IMG/VR virus record: IMGVR_UViG_3300009177_000034
Span: 5,374 to 69,373 of that record
Length of the DNA: 64,000 nucleotides
Reading direction: 5' to 3' (one strand)
From: a virus
Positions 9,510 to 19,152 of the stretch are shown piece after piece; the stretch's first letter is position 1, and each line of letters opens with the position of its first letter. The notes under the pieces are model-generated. The model was not told the origin of the DNA and ran no database searches. It worked only from the letters and a program-made list of their open reading frames with translations. Both the position numbers and the translations under genes were made by a program.

Positions 9510-9694
9510 GCCACCCGCCGCAGGCCGCGCGCGTACTGGTTGTCCTCGCGGAGCCGCACGTTCTCCTCCAGCAGACTCACGCACTTGAGGCGCCAGTAGT
9601 CGGCCAGGTCCAGGGCGATCTCGATGTTCGACCGGCGCGCGGGCGGCGCCGGCGTCACCGGCCGCCCGGGCTGGCCCCGCCCCGCCTGGTTCAC
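9506..9694 (-). CDS. small coiled-coil protein
   Basis: GTGA and ATGA overlaps with both neighbours. Confidence 0.5.
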   Translation of the reverse strand: MNQAGRGQPGRPVTPAPPARRSNIEIALDLADYWRLKCVSLLEENVRLREDNQYARGLRRVA

Positions 9695-9996
9695 GAGCGG
9701 GTCCGCCGCTCCGCCGTGGGCGGCGGGGCCAGGGGCGGCATCGGGACGGGCGGGAGGTCGGCCAGCACCGCGAGCGCCTGGTCCACGCTCATGTCGAGCA
9801 TGGCCTGCGCGGCGGCCTTCTGCGCGGGCGTCGCCGCGGGGTGGTCGTTCAGGCGGCCGAGCAGGTCCTTCCACATGTCCAGCAGCGCGGCGTAGGCGTT
9901 GAGGGCCATCGGACGGATCGTGGTATACCCCTCGCCGAGCAGCTTCATGGCGGGGCCGATCAGTTGGAGCGCACCGAGGATCGCGGCAATGCTCAT
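9691..9996 (-). CDS. hypothetical protein
   Basis: AGGAGG RBS, 101 aa. Confidence 0.7.
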   Translation of the reverse strand: MSIAAILGALQLIGPAMKLLGEGYTTIRPMALNAYAALLDMWKDLLGRLNDHPAATPAQKAAAQAMLDMSVDQALAVLADLPPVPMPPLAPPPTAERRTRS

Positions 9997-10026
9997 AGGG
10001 GCCTCCTATGCTAGGTTGTCCGGGCG

Positions 10027-10488
10027 ATGGCGGGCCACGCACGGCGTCCAATGTCGGAGCGCTTCTGGGCGAAGGTCGATAGGAACGGCCCCCTGCATCC
10101 CGTCCTCGGCACGTCGTGCTGGCTCTGGATGGGGGCGCAAGACCGAGGCGGCTACGGACGGCTTGGTCGGCCAGGAAAGCACGGGGGCACTGTCTTGGCG
10201 CACCGATATAGCTTTGCCCTGCACGGCGGCAGCGAAGAACTCCTTGTGCTCCACCGATGCGATAGGCCCGCCTGCGTGAACCCCTCCCACTTGTTCAGCG
10301 GGACCGACGCCGACAACCTCGCGGATGCGCTGTCGAAAGGGCGTGCTTCTTGTCTCCGGTTGGCCGCCATCACCCACTGCCCGCGAGGACACGAGTACTC
10401 CTCGGAGAACATCTACCGGAGCCCCAGGAACCAGAGTCGCGCATGCCGCCAGTGTCGCCGCGCCCGCGATCTGGCCCGACCTCGGTGA
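10027..10488 (+). CDS. HNH homing endonuclease, antisense to the operon
   Basis: [42 protein letters not shown]. Confidence 0.92.
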   Translation: MAGHARRPMSERFWAKVDRNGPLHPVLGTSCWLWMGAQDRGGYGRLGRPGKHGGTVLAHRYSFALHGGSEELLVLHRCDRPACVNPSHLFSGTDADNLADALSKGRASCLRLAAITHCPRGHEYSSENIYRSPRNQSRACRQCRRARDLARPR

Positions 10489-10493
10489 GGGCG

Positions 10494-10859
10494 TCACTTT
10501 TTAGAATCCACCACCGAGCGGAGGGCGACATACCGCGACTCCAGGGTGGCAAGCTGCCCGTCCACGGTCGCGCGGGCGGCCGCGTCCGGGCCGCTGCGGA
10601 CGGCGCGCCACTGGGTCGTGAGGGCGGGGAGCGCCGTCTTGGCGCCGGCGACGTAGGCGTTCCAGGCCGTCACTTCGGCGGGCGTGACCTTGTTCGCCGC
10701 GCTCAGGGCCACATAGTCGGCCTGGGTCGTGACGATGCCGGTGGCGAGCGTCAGCAGGCGGTCGTCGGCCGTCGGGGCCGGCGGCGTCGACAGCGACGCG
10801 CAGCCGACGACGATGAAGGCCAGGGCCAGCAGCACGGGGAGCAGGAGGAGTCGACGCAT
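10494..10859 (-). CDS. lipoprotein (possible spanin component)
   Basis: MRR-hydrophobic-VVGC lipobox; AAGGAG RBS. Confidence 0.7.
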   Translation of the reverse strand: MRRLLLLPVLLALAFIVVGCASLSTPPAPTADDRLLTLATGIVTTQADYVALSAANKVTPAEVTAWNAYVAGAKTALPALTTQWRAVRSGPDAAARATVDGQLATLESRYVALRSVVDSKK

Positions 10860-10972
10860 GGCGGGGTTCTCCTTCGCCCAGTCGGGCGGGTTGAAGGCGG
10901 AGTGGTGCCACCAGTAGACCCGACGCGGGGGCCCGGCAACAGGGGACCTTAGTCCACCGTCGCCTGGCCCCC

Positions 10973-11377
10973 TCACGGCCCCTTCGGTCCGATCTGCTTT
11001 TGCAGGTCCGCGATCCGGTCTTTCGTTTCCTGCTGGGTCGGTTCCTTGATCGAGGCGTACGCCTGCGAGGCGTTCCAGCGCGCCATGATCTCCACCGCCA
11101 GCACCGGGGCCACCGCCGCCTTGACTTCCGGGGCCAGGTCCGGGCTGGTCTTGACGTACTCCAGGATGGCCTCCGGTGACTTCGGGTGCAGCCGGGGGTT
11201 GGTCACCGAGTACATCGTCGCGGCGACAACGAAGCCGTACACGCCGCCCATCGCGAGTTCGAACCACGTCGCCGTCCGGTTCAGTTGGTAGGCGCCCGAA
11301 AACCCGCTGATGAACGCCAGCACGTGCAGCGCGATCTCTTGCAGGGTGACGGTCTGGATGGATTCACGGAGGGTCAT
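10973..11377 (-). CDS. putative holin
   Basis: two N-terminal hydrophobic segments and a charged C-terminus; lysis region. Confidence 0.5.
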   Translation of the reverse strand: MTLRESIQTVTLQEIALHVLAFISGFSGAYQLNRTATWFELAMGGVYGFVVAATMYSVTNPRLHPKSPEAILEYVKTSPDLAPEVKAAVAPVLAVEIMARWNASQAYASIKEPTQQETKDRIADLQKQIGPKGP

Positions 11378-11387
11378 GCGCGGCCTT

Positions 11388-12248
11388 TCATCGCGGGCGG
11401 GTCGTCGACCGCGTGTCCGTCTCGGTGCCGCCGCCGCTCGGGTTGAAGCCGCCGGGCGACGGCGGGGCATAGATCACTTGCGGCGTCGGCGCCGTGAGCC
11501 GCGCCATGAGCGGCGCGCCGATCAGGGCGACGATGAGCCCGCCCACGGCGAGGAGGATCGCCACCGTCGAGGAGATGCCCTCGCTTTTGCCGGTGTTCGT
11601 CGACTGCGTGCGCGCCATGGCCTCGACGAGCCCCTGGAGCTTATCCATCTGCGGGTCGACGACCGTCTGCTTCCCCTTGCCCTCGGACAGCGCGAGTTCG
11701 ATGGCCTGCAGGCGCTTGGTGGTGTCGTTGTACTGCGCGGAACTGCGCGCCTCCGCCGCCAGGGCCGTGTCGGAGACCTGCTTCTGGAGCGTCGTGGCCA
11801 CGTCCGTCGTCTGCGCCGCGAGCGTCGAGATGGCCAGGTTGGCCGCCGTCGTGGCCTTCGCCACGTCCTCGCGGTCGACCTGGCGGATGCTGTCCAGGCG
11901 GCCCGCCTCCGCGTGCAGGAGCTTGTTCTGGAAGTCCTCGCGCATGGTGGCGATTTGGGTCTCAAGCTGGGCGCGCAGCAGGAGCAGTTCCTTGGTGTGC
12001 GCGTGCTGGAGGTCCGAGATTTCCCGGTCCTTTTCGCGCAGGTCGTCCTGGCGGCGCACCGCCGCCTCGTTCAGGGCAATGACGTTCGCGGTCGGATCGA
12101 TGACGGGATTCCCCAGGAAGTCCACCCCTTGGCCGTGGGGCGGGACGGTGACGGTGCCCCGCGGCGCCGGCGGCGGCGTGCGCGTCATCGCGCGGCGGAC
12201 CGCGCTGGGCGGCGCGTCGTCTGGCTTCGTCTCCCGTCGTCGGCTCAC
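11388..12248 (-). CDS. coiled-coil protein with C-terminal TM helix
   Basis: long heptad region followed by VAILLAVGGLIVALIG. Confidence 0.7.
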   Translation of the reverse strand: MSRRRETKPDDAPPSAVRRAMTRTPPPAPRGTVTVPPHGQGVDFLGNPVIDPTANVIALNEAAVRRQDDLREKDREISDLQHAHTKELLLLRAQLETQIATMREDFQNKLLHAEAGRLDSIRQVDREDVAKATTAANLAISTLAAQTTDVATTLQKQVSDTALAAEARSSAQYNDTTKRLQAIELALSEGKGKQTVVDPQMDKLQGLVEAMARTQSTNTGKSEGISSTVAILLAVGGLIVALIGAPLMARLTAPTPQVIYAPPSPGGFNPSGGGTETDTRSTTRPR

Positions 12249-12333
12249 CTCGGGCCGTCCCCTGGGCGCTGCGGTCGCGGTGCCGCCCCTAGCATAGCGG
12301 CCCGGCCGCGGCGGGCCCCTATTCCACGTGCCG

Positions 12334-12885
12334 TCACCCGGCCTCCGCCGCGAAGGTGGCGACGCGGTGCTGCACCGTCGAGGCCCCCGGCGTCAGGACG
12401 AAGAAGCCGACGGCCCCCGTGCACACCTGGCCGACCGCCGCGGCGAGTTGCACCTGGTTCAGCGTCAGCGACACGGCCGCGCCGAGGGCCTCGGCCTCCA
12501 GGGCGAACGGCACGTGCGGCGTGGGGTTGGCCACCCGCGCCGCCCGGAGGACCTGCTCCCGCCCGTTGACGACCTCGGCGATGCGGACGAGCGGGCTCCC
12601 GCCGGCCTGGCGGTAGACGGTCAGGAAGTTCAAGGGGTCCTGATAGCGGAGCAGCAGGCCGAAGCGGGGCCCCTGGGCCACGTCGCCGCACGTGAAGCGC
12701 GCCCGGACCGTCTGGTCCGCCGTCGCCACGTCCAGGCGGAGGGCGACGTGGAGGCCCGGGCGCGGCCAGGTCTCGGCGGCCCCCTGGTGGATCGCGTACC
12801 CCCCGAGGGGCACCGTCCAGTCGGTCGCGAGGGGGCCGTCGGGGCGGTCGAAGAAGTCGGCGACGAGGCGGGGCGCTGGCGGCAT
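12334..12885 (-). CDS. beta-sandwich (lectin/LamG-like) tail-associated protein
   Basis: DFFDRPDG start, beta-rich, GAVGF motif; GGAGAG RBS. Confidence 0.55.
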   Translation of the reverse strand: MPPAPRLVADFFDRPDGPLATDWTVPLGGYAIHQGAAETWPRPGLHVALRLDVATADQTVRARFTCGDVAQGPRFGLLLRYQDPLNFLTVYRQAGGSPLVRIAEVVNGREQVLRAARVANPTPHVPFALEAEALGAAVSLTLNQVQLAAAVGQVCTGAVGFFVLTPGASTVQHRVATFAAEAG

Positions 12886-12900
12886 GGGGTCGCCCTCTCC

Positions 12901-15546
12901 CTAGCGTTCGGGGCGGATGGTCTGCAGCGAGGGCCCCTGGGTGGCCCGGCGCTCGACACCCCCCGTCCGCGGCAGCGTGGCGCCCCGCTCCACCTCGACC
13001 AGCCCGGGCACGCCCGGCGCCGTGGGCGCGAGACTGACGAGCTTGCCCTTCGGCGTCAGCGTGGCGTCGACCTCGGGGTAGAACTTCGTGGTGGGGTCGA
13101 GTGTCGGCAGCCCTTTCGCGTCCCAGGCGACGATAAAGCGCCCGCCATCGGCGAGCGCCCCGGGCCGGGGCACGGGCGGATACGTCAGCGCGCGGAGGGC
13201 CCGCTCGGCCGGGGGTGGCGCGTCGCGCGTGTAGAGCATGTCGGGCCGCAGCAGGTGCCAGTACCGCTCCCCGGCGTGGCTCGGGGTGCCCGCATGGGCG
13301 GGGTCCGGGTCCTCGGGCAGAAACTCGTCGAGCACGAGGCGCTTCGGATTCGTCGGCGTGTCGTCGGCGTGCGTCACCAGCGCGATGCGGCGCGTGGCCC
13401 CCGTCGTCAGGTTCGACAGCAGCGCCTCGCGCCACTGCTCGCTGAATGCCGCGCCGAGGGGCTGATACGACCGATACCACAGCGCGTGGGACAGGCTCGC
13501 GCTCAACACCCGCTGCTCGGGCGAGGAGAACCGACGCAGCTCGACCCACCAGCCGCTCTCGGCCGTCCCGCCCGCGGCCAGCGGCACCACCTTGTGCGTA
13601 TCCAGGTCGACGGACCAGGCGCTCATCCAGCTTCGGGCGAGGCCCGCGCCCGTCGGCGTGTAGGACTTGAACGCGAGCAGAATGACGCGCCCGAGGGCCA
13701 GCGTGGGCGCCTGGCCGGGCGTGGCGGGCCGCAGGCGCCCGGGCACGTAGAAGCCCGAGAAGGCAATTCCCGTGGTGCGCTCGGTGATGGTCTCGTGTTG
13801 GGTCACGGTCAGATGCGCGTTGTAGTAGCTGGCGGCCAGCGTGTCGGCCGAGTCCGAGTAGTAGCCGTCCCCGAGGTTGGCGTCGCTGGCGTGCCCGTTC
13901 ATGTGCGTCAGCGCGGTGCTGGGCCCGGGGTACTGGCCCCGATAGACCAGCGTCTCGTCGCGCGTGGCAAACCAGCGCTTGGTCAGGTCCGGGCCCATGG
14001 GCGCCTCGCCCAGGGCCGCGAGCAGGGCGGGATCGACGCACACGTCCGCGCGCGCATAGGTGCGCTCCGCCGCCCAGGCCACGGTGGGCGTCGTCAAGGG
14101 GGTCACGGCGGGGTCGACAAACGCCCCGGTGCCGAAGCTGACGCCCCCCAGCCCCGCCCCGCCGATGGTGCCCGTGTGGACCGTGCCCTCGTACCCGTCG
14201 GGAGCGGTCGCCATGGCGACCGGCAGGAACTCCCACACGCCCCCCTCGAACGGGGCCCAGCGCCCGGCGGGCCAGCGGGACGGATCGAAGGTCCGCGTCT
14301 GCGTGGTGTCGGTGGTGACCGGGACGCGGTCGACCGTCGCGCTGCCCACGGCGAGCAGGTTGCGCACGGTATCGGTGAGCGTGGCGTCGACCGCCGTTTT
14401 CCACAGCACCGTGCCCGTCGTGCCATTGATGAGGAACAGGTGGCGCTCGTCGGGCTCCAGGCGCACGGTGCTCGCGACGCCCGGCGCGACGACGCCCGTG
14501 GGGATCGGCGTCGTGACCGCCCACAGGTCGACGGTCACGGTATAGATCAGGTCATGGGCGTCGTTCAGCGTGACGCCGAGCATGTGGGCGCTCGGCTGCT
14601 TGAACAGCGGCGGCCCGTAGGGCGCAAACCGGGCTTCGGTCAGCCGCACCGGCCACGTCGCCGTCACGGCATAACTCGCGGGGTTCTGGGGATCATCCCC
14701 CACCGTTGTCGTCCGCGCGTCGGTCACGTCCACGTCTGCGCCGAGCAGGCCCAGGCCGTCGGCGGGGACCGGCGTATGGCCCGCATCGCTCAAAGTCTCC
14801 GGCCACGCGCGCGGCGTCGTGACTTCGGTCGCGACCTCGGTCACGGTCAGGCGGGTGCGCGTGCGCGTGCCGGTCGCCGTGCCCGTCAGCGTGAGCAGCA
14901 GCGGCTCTTTGTCCCACGGGTGCTCCGTCCGCACGTAGCTCACCGCGCCGACGCGCGCGCCTTGCGGCTTGTTGGGCGTGCGCGCCAGCGTGAACACGCT
15001 GTAGGTGTCGGACGGCCCCGCCCAGCGCGCGACGAACGACGCGCCGTCCGTGCCCCATTGCACGAAGTCGAAGCCCGGAAAGAGGTCGCTCGTCCGCGCG
15101 TCCATGAACTCCCGCACGGTGGGGGCCGGGCCGCCGCCCGTCGCGCCGGCCATGCGGAGGGGTTGGACGGTGCGCGCGTTGCGAAACCAGACCGTCCCGT
15201 CCACCTGGTGGATGAAGATCTCCTCGACGAGGGGGTCCGTGACCGCCCCGAGCGGCGGCACGGGCATCCCACGGCGGGCCTCGTGCTTCAGGACGAGCCG
15301 CCGCCGCGGCGTCCGCGTCGTGGCCCCCGGCGGGCGGCTGTAGAGGACGGGCACCTGGTCGCCGGCCTCGATGCCCTTCGCCACCCCGCTGGTGCGGAGG
15401 GCGTCGCCGCCCACCAGCACGTCGCCGTCGCCCAGGACGGCCTGCACCGGCTCCGTCTTGACGAAGGGGACCTTGCGCTTGCCCAGGATGTAGTCCAGGG
15501 CCGCGGTGATCGCGGCCGTCAGGTTCGGGCTGTCGCCGCTCGCCAT
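12901..15546 (-). CDS. minor tail protein
   Basis: 881 aa, Thr-rich, distal tail module. Confidence 0.7.
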   Translation of the reverse strand: MASGDSPNLTAAITAALDYILGKRKVPFVKTEPVQAVLGDGDVLVGGDALRTSGVAKGIEAGDQVPVLYSRPPGATTRTPRRRLVLKHEARRGMPVPPLGAVTDPLVEEIFIHQVDGTVWFRNARTVQPLRMAGATGGGPAPTVREFMDARTSDLFPGFDFVQWGTDGASFVARWAGPSDTYSVFTLARTPNKPQGARVGAVSYVRTEHPWDKEPLLLTLTGTATGTRTRTRLTVTEVATEVTTPRAWPETLSDAGHTPVPADGLGLLGADVDVTDARTTTVGDDPQNPASYAVTATWPVRLTEARFAPYGPPLFKQPSAHMLGVTLNDAHDLIYTVTVDLWAVTTPIPTGVVAPGVASTVRLEPDERHLFLINGTTGTVLWKTAVDATLTDTVRNLLAVGSATVDRVPVTTDTTQTRTFDPSRWPAGRWAPFEGGVWEFLPVAMATAPDGYEGTVHTGTIGGAGLGGVSFGTGAFVDPAVTPLTTPTVAWAAERTYARADVCVDPALLAALGEAPMGPDLTKRWFATRDETLVYRGQYPGPSTALTHMNGHASDANLGDGYYSDSADTLAASYYNAHLTVTQHETITERTTGIAFSGFYVPGRLRPATPGQAPTLALGRVILLAFKSYTPTGAGLARSWMSAWSVDLDTHKVVPLAAGGTAESGWWVELRRFSSPEQRVLSASLSHALWYRSYQPLGAAFSEQWREALLSNLTTGATRRIALVTHADDTPTNPKRLVLDEFLPEDPDPAHAGTPSHAGERYWHLLRPDMLYTRDAPPPAERALRALTYPPVPRPGALADGGRFIVAWDAKGLPTLDPTTKFYPEVDATLTPKGKLVSLAPTAPGVPGLVEVERGATLPRTGGVERRATQGPSLQTIRPER

Positions 15547-15547
15547 G

Positions 15548-15787
15548 TCACGGCCCCCCTAGCAGGGTATATTTGCCGCCCGTCGACTTGACCAGGTGCA
15601 CGACCATCCCGGCCTGCATCGGCTGGTCTGTCGCGGGCTGGACGAGCACGATGAGGCCCTCGACCCGGCAGTAGACGCTGCCGTCGACGCGCAGTTCGGT
15701 GACGACGCCCGTCCGCACGATCTGATTTTGCTTCGCGACGAGCGCCTGCACCGCGCCCGTGAGCGTCGTCGACGTGCGGGCGGCCAT
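15548..15787 (-). CDS. small tail-tip protein (OB-fold-like)
   Basis: RTGVVTEL.VDGSV; TGATG coupling. Confidence 0.6.
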   Translation of the reverse strand: MAARTSTTLTGAVQALVAKQNQIVRTGVVTELRVDGSVYCRVEGLIVLVQPATDQPMQAGMVVHLVKSTGGKYTLLGGP

Positions 15788-18700
15788 CAGAGCGTCCCCG
15801 TCGGCGTCCAGGCCAGCGCGCGCATGTCCTTGGTGAAGGCCGGCGGGGTGGCGCCCTCGTCGTAGGTCAGCGTCAGGGTCTGCAGCAGGGCGGGCGGCAG
15901 CGGCAGCGGGTCGCCGGCGCCGTCGACGACGCCCGTGAACTGGACGATGGAGCCGCGCCGCACCCACGGGATGTTCACCCCCACGAAGGACAGTTCGACC
16001 TGCCACAGGCCCGACGTGGCCCGCAGTTGCGCCAGGATGAACTGGAGGTCGTCCATGTCGAGGTTCTCGTTCTCGTAGCTGACGGCCTCGGCGCCGAGCG
16101 CGCTGCTGATCCGGGCCACGAGCGTGAAGCGGTCGGGCTCGTCCTCGGGCCCGCCCTCGACGGTGATGTGGGCCCGGGTGGTGACGGCCTTGTAGGTGAT
16201 GCTGTCGAGGGGTTGGAAGAAGGCCGTCACCGTGAAGGTGGCCGAGTCCTCGGTCCAGACCACCGTCCCGTCGGCCACCGTCCCGCTCACCGGCCAGGCC
16301 GGCGTCGTGGGGCCCGTCGTGCCCGGCGTCGACGCGCGGAAGAACTGGCCGGCCCCGACGCGGACGGTGTCGCCCGCGGCGTAGACCGTGCCCCCCGCCC
16401 AGGCCCCGCGGCTGGCCGTGACCAGGCCGCGGCTCACCGTGCGGCCGGCCCCCGGGGTGTAGGTGAAGGTGCCCGGGACCACCAGGTGCTCGGGCCCGGG
16501 CGTCACGGCCACGGCCGTGAGCGCCGCGTCCAGGAGGGCCCCGGTCGCCATGGGGCTCGGCGGGTCCCAGCGAATCTCGGGCTCCAGCAGGCCCAGGGTG
16601 TCCGTGACGCTCGCGCCGATGCTGACGACCTGCGTCGTCTCGACGGCCTTGTAGCGCGTCAGGTCGTCGGGCGTGAACGTCAGCGTGATCTCGATGCCGG
16701 TCTGGAGGGCCCACTCCACGGTGAAGTCGGTCACGCTGGTCGGCGCCGCCGGGTCCGAGGCGTCGGGCCAGTCGGGGGCCCCGCCGCCGCTGGTGCCGGC
16801 CGCCGCCACGCGCCAGACGCGCCCGCCGCCGCCGACGGAGTCGCCGCTGCTGTAGACCGTCCCCGGCTCCCACCCGCGGCTGGCGGCGACGAGGCCGTAG
16901 CTGACCAGGGTCCCCGGCCCGGGGCTGTAGGCGTAGGTGCCGCTGACCGGCAGGTGCGCCTCGTCGTCGGGCACGGGGTCGTCATGCGGGATGGTGGGGT
17001 CCACGGCCAGGGCGTTGCACGCCGGCGCGAGGGGGCCGTCGAGGCCGATGGGCCCCGGCGTCCAGCGCAGGTCGGGGGTCAGCAGGTCCGAGGCGTCCTC
17101 GTCGTCCATGTCCGTGACGTTGATGCTCTGCTCGGCCGTGACGACCTTCCAGGTGGCGGCGTCCTCAGGGTAGAAGGTGACGCGGAGGGTGATGTCGCTG
17201 GCGTTCACCTGCCAGACGACCGTCCCGTCCGGGACACTGGGCGTCGGCGGGAAGGTGCCGCTGCCCGGCGGGGTCTCAACCGGCGCGGCGGGCCAGGCGG
17301 GGGCGCCGCCGCCCGAGGTCCCGGGCACCGCGGCGCGCCAGACGCGCCCGGCGGCCGCCACGGAGTCGCCGCTCGCATAGACCGTGGCCGCCTCCCACCC
17401 GCCGCGGCTGGCCATCACCAGGCCGGGGCCCGCGATGGTGTCGAACGGCAGGCTGTACTCGAAGGTGCCGTAGACCGGCAGGTGCGCGGCGTCCGGGGTG
17501 ACGGCCGAGGCGTTGCAGGCCGCGTCGAGGGTGTCGCCCAGGTGGACCGCCCCGGGCACCCAGCGAATCTCGGGCGCCTTGAGGCCCAGGCCCTCGCCCA
17601 TGCGGACGTAGCGGGACTCCGTCGCCCCGCGGTAGACCGTCGTGTCGTCGGGGACGAAGAAGGCCTGGAGGACGAACGAGTCCGAGTCCTCGATCCACGT
17701 CACCGTGCCGTCGGCGACGGGCACGGCCGGGTCGGGCAGGACGCGGACCGGCCAGGCGGGCGGGCCGCCGCCGCTCGTGCCGCCCGTCGTCGCCCGGAAG
17801 AACTGGCTCCCGCCCGCGGAGACCTGGTCGCCGCTGGCGTAGATGGTGTCGGCCTCCCAGGCCGGCGCGCCGACGAGGCCCAGGTCGGCGACGGTGCCCG
17901 CCGGCGGGCCGAAGGTGAAGGTCCCGGGGACGATGGTGGCGGCCGGGTCCGGGGTGACGGCGAGGGCCTGGAAGCACTCGGGCGGCAGCGGCTGGCCCGC
18001 CGCCACCTCGCTCGGGGGGTCCCACCGGATCTCGGGTTCGATCAGCGAGCCGAAGCCGTCGATGGTGATGCTCGCCTCCGCCGTGACGGTCTTCCAGCGC
18101 GTCGTGTCGGCGGGGGTGAAGGTGGCCGTCAGGGTGATGTCGGTCATGTTCACGGCCCACTCGACGGTGCCGTCCGACACGCTGGGCGTCGGGGGAAAGG
18201 TCCCGCTGTCGGGCGGGGTCTCGACGGGGAGCGGCGGCCAGTCCGGGGGCCCGCTGCCCGACGTGCCGGGGGTGGTCACGCGCCAGACGCGCCCGTCGGC
18301 GCTCACGGACTGGCCCGACTTGTAGATGGTGTCCGCCGCCCAGGGGCCCTTGCTCGCCACGATGGCGGCGGGGTCGGCGAGGGTCTCGGGGCCGGGGCTG
18401 TAGGCGAACTCGCCGGCCACGGGCAGGTGCGCGTCGTCGGGCGTCACGGCGGTGGCGTTGCAGGCCGGGGCGAGGGGTTCGCCGACGCTCACGGTGCCCG
18501 GCTCCCACCGAATCTCGGGCTCCAGCAGGCCCGCCCCCGGGGCGCTGTGGAAGGCGTGCACGGCCTCGGCCGAGGCGTAGACGGCGGGGTCGTCCGGGGT
18601 GAAGGTCGCCGTCACCAGGAACGAGGCGGAGTCGTCCTCCCAGGCCACCGTGCCGTCGCCGATGCCGTCGACGTGCCCCTCGGCGTCGGCCGTCGGCCAG

Positions 18701-19152
18701 GCCGGCTCGGCCCCGCCGCTCGTCCCGGGCGTCGTCGCGCGCCAGACGCCGACGCCGCCGCTGACGCGGTCGCCGCTGGCGTAGACCGTGCCCGGGGCCC
18801 AGGCCCCCTTGTTGGCGCTGACGAGCGCCGCGCCGGCCAGCGTGCCGGGGCCGGGCGCGTACGCGAAGGCCCCCGGGACGACCGTGTGCGCGGCGTCCGG
18901 GGTGACGGCGATGGCGTTGAGGGCGGGGTCAATGGGTTTGCCCGTGGCGAGCGCGTCGCTCGGCGGGTCCCAGCGAATCTCGGGCTCGATCAGGGTGGCC
19001 GGGTCCTTCGTGCCCGTGACGCCGGCCCCGGTCCCCCCGCTGATCACCCCGCCCGGGCGCTGCCCCGACCCCATCGTCTCGTCGCGCTGCACCAGCGCCC
19101 AGGCCGCCGTCCCGCGCAGGTCGGGGTCCTTGATGGACTCCAGCTTCTCCAC
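15787..19152 (-). CDS. tail hub protein, C-terminal part (6 Ig-like/CBM repeats); continues the upstream ORF across a frameshift
   Basis: protein-like sequence begins at VEKLESIKDPD; ends with a hub-like FVGVNIPWVRRGSIV..QTLTLTY segment. Confidence 0.75.
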   Translation of the reverse strand: MEKLESIKDPDLRGTAAWALVQRDETMGSGQRPGGVISGGTGAGVTGTKDPATLIEPEIRWDPPSDALATGKPIDPALNAIAVTPDAAHTVVPGAFAYAPGPGTLAGAALVSANKGAWAPGTVYASGDRVSGGVGVWRATTPGTSGGAEPAWPTADAEGHVDGIGDGTVAWEDDSASFLVTATFTPDDPAVYASAEAVHAFHSAPGAGLLEPEIRWEPGTVSVGEPLAPACNATAVTPDDAHLPVAGEFAYSPGPETLADPAAIVASKGPWAADTIYKSGQSVSADGRVWRVTTPGTSGSGPPDWPPLPVETPPDSGTFPPTPSVSDGTVEWAVNMTDITLTATFTPADTTRWKTVTAEASITIDGFGSLIEPEIRWDPPSEVAAGQPLPPECFQALAVTPDPAATIVPGTFTFGPPAGTVADLGLVGAPAWEADTIYASGDQVSAGGSQFFRATTGGTSGGGPPAWPVRVLPDPAVPVADGTVTWIEDSDSFVLQAFFVPDDTTVYRGATESRYVRMGEGLGLKAPEIRWVPGAVHLGDTLDAACNASAVTPDAAHLPVYGTFEYSLPFDTIAGPGLVMASRGGWEAATVYASGDSVAAAGRVWRAAVPGTSGGGAPAWPAAPVETPPGSGTFPPTPSVPDGTVVWQVNASDITLRVTFYPEDAATWKVVTAEQSINVTDMDDEDASDLLTPDLRWTPGPIGLDGPLAPACNALAVDPTIPHDDPVPDDEAHLPVSGTYAYSPGPGTLVSYGLVAASRGWEPGTVYSSGDSVGGGGRVWRVAAAGTSGGGAPDWPDASDPAAPTSVTDFTVEWALQTGIEITLTFTPDDLTRYKAVETTQVVSIGASVTDTLGLLEPEIRWDPPSPMATGALLDAALTAVAVTPGPEHLVVPGTFTYTPGAGRTVSRGLVTASRGAWAGGTVYAAGDTVRVGAGQFFRASTPGTTGPTTPAWPVSGTVADGTVVWTEDSATFTVTAFFQPLDSITYKAVTTRAHITVEGGPEDEPDRFTLVARISSALGAEAVSYENENLDMDDLQFILAQLRATSGLWQVELSFVGVNIPWVRRGSIVQFTGVVDGAGDPLPLPPALLQTLTLTYDEGATPPAFTKDMRALAWTPTGTL
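16160..18990 (-). repeat. six ~155-165 aa tandem repeats (Ig/MBG-like domain with an inserted CBM5/12-like module)
   Basis: PEIRW.P...NA.AVTPD..H..V.G.F.Y.P..GT...W.A.TVY.SGD.V...W/FRA...GTSG...P.WP...DGTV.W...ATFTP.D recurs six times. Confidence 0.9.

Noticed and set aside
16160-18990. Diversity-generating retroelement TR/VR pair
   Set aside because: No reverse transcriptase in the window, and repeat differences are not adenine-specific
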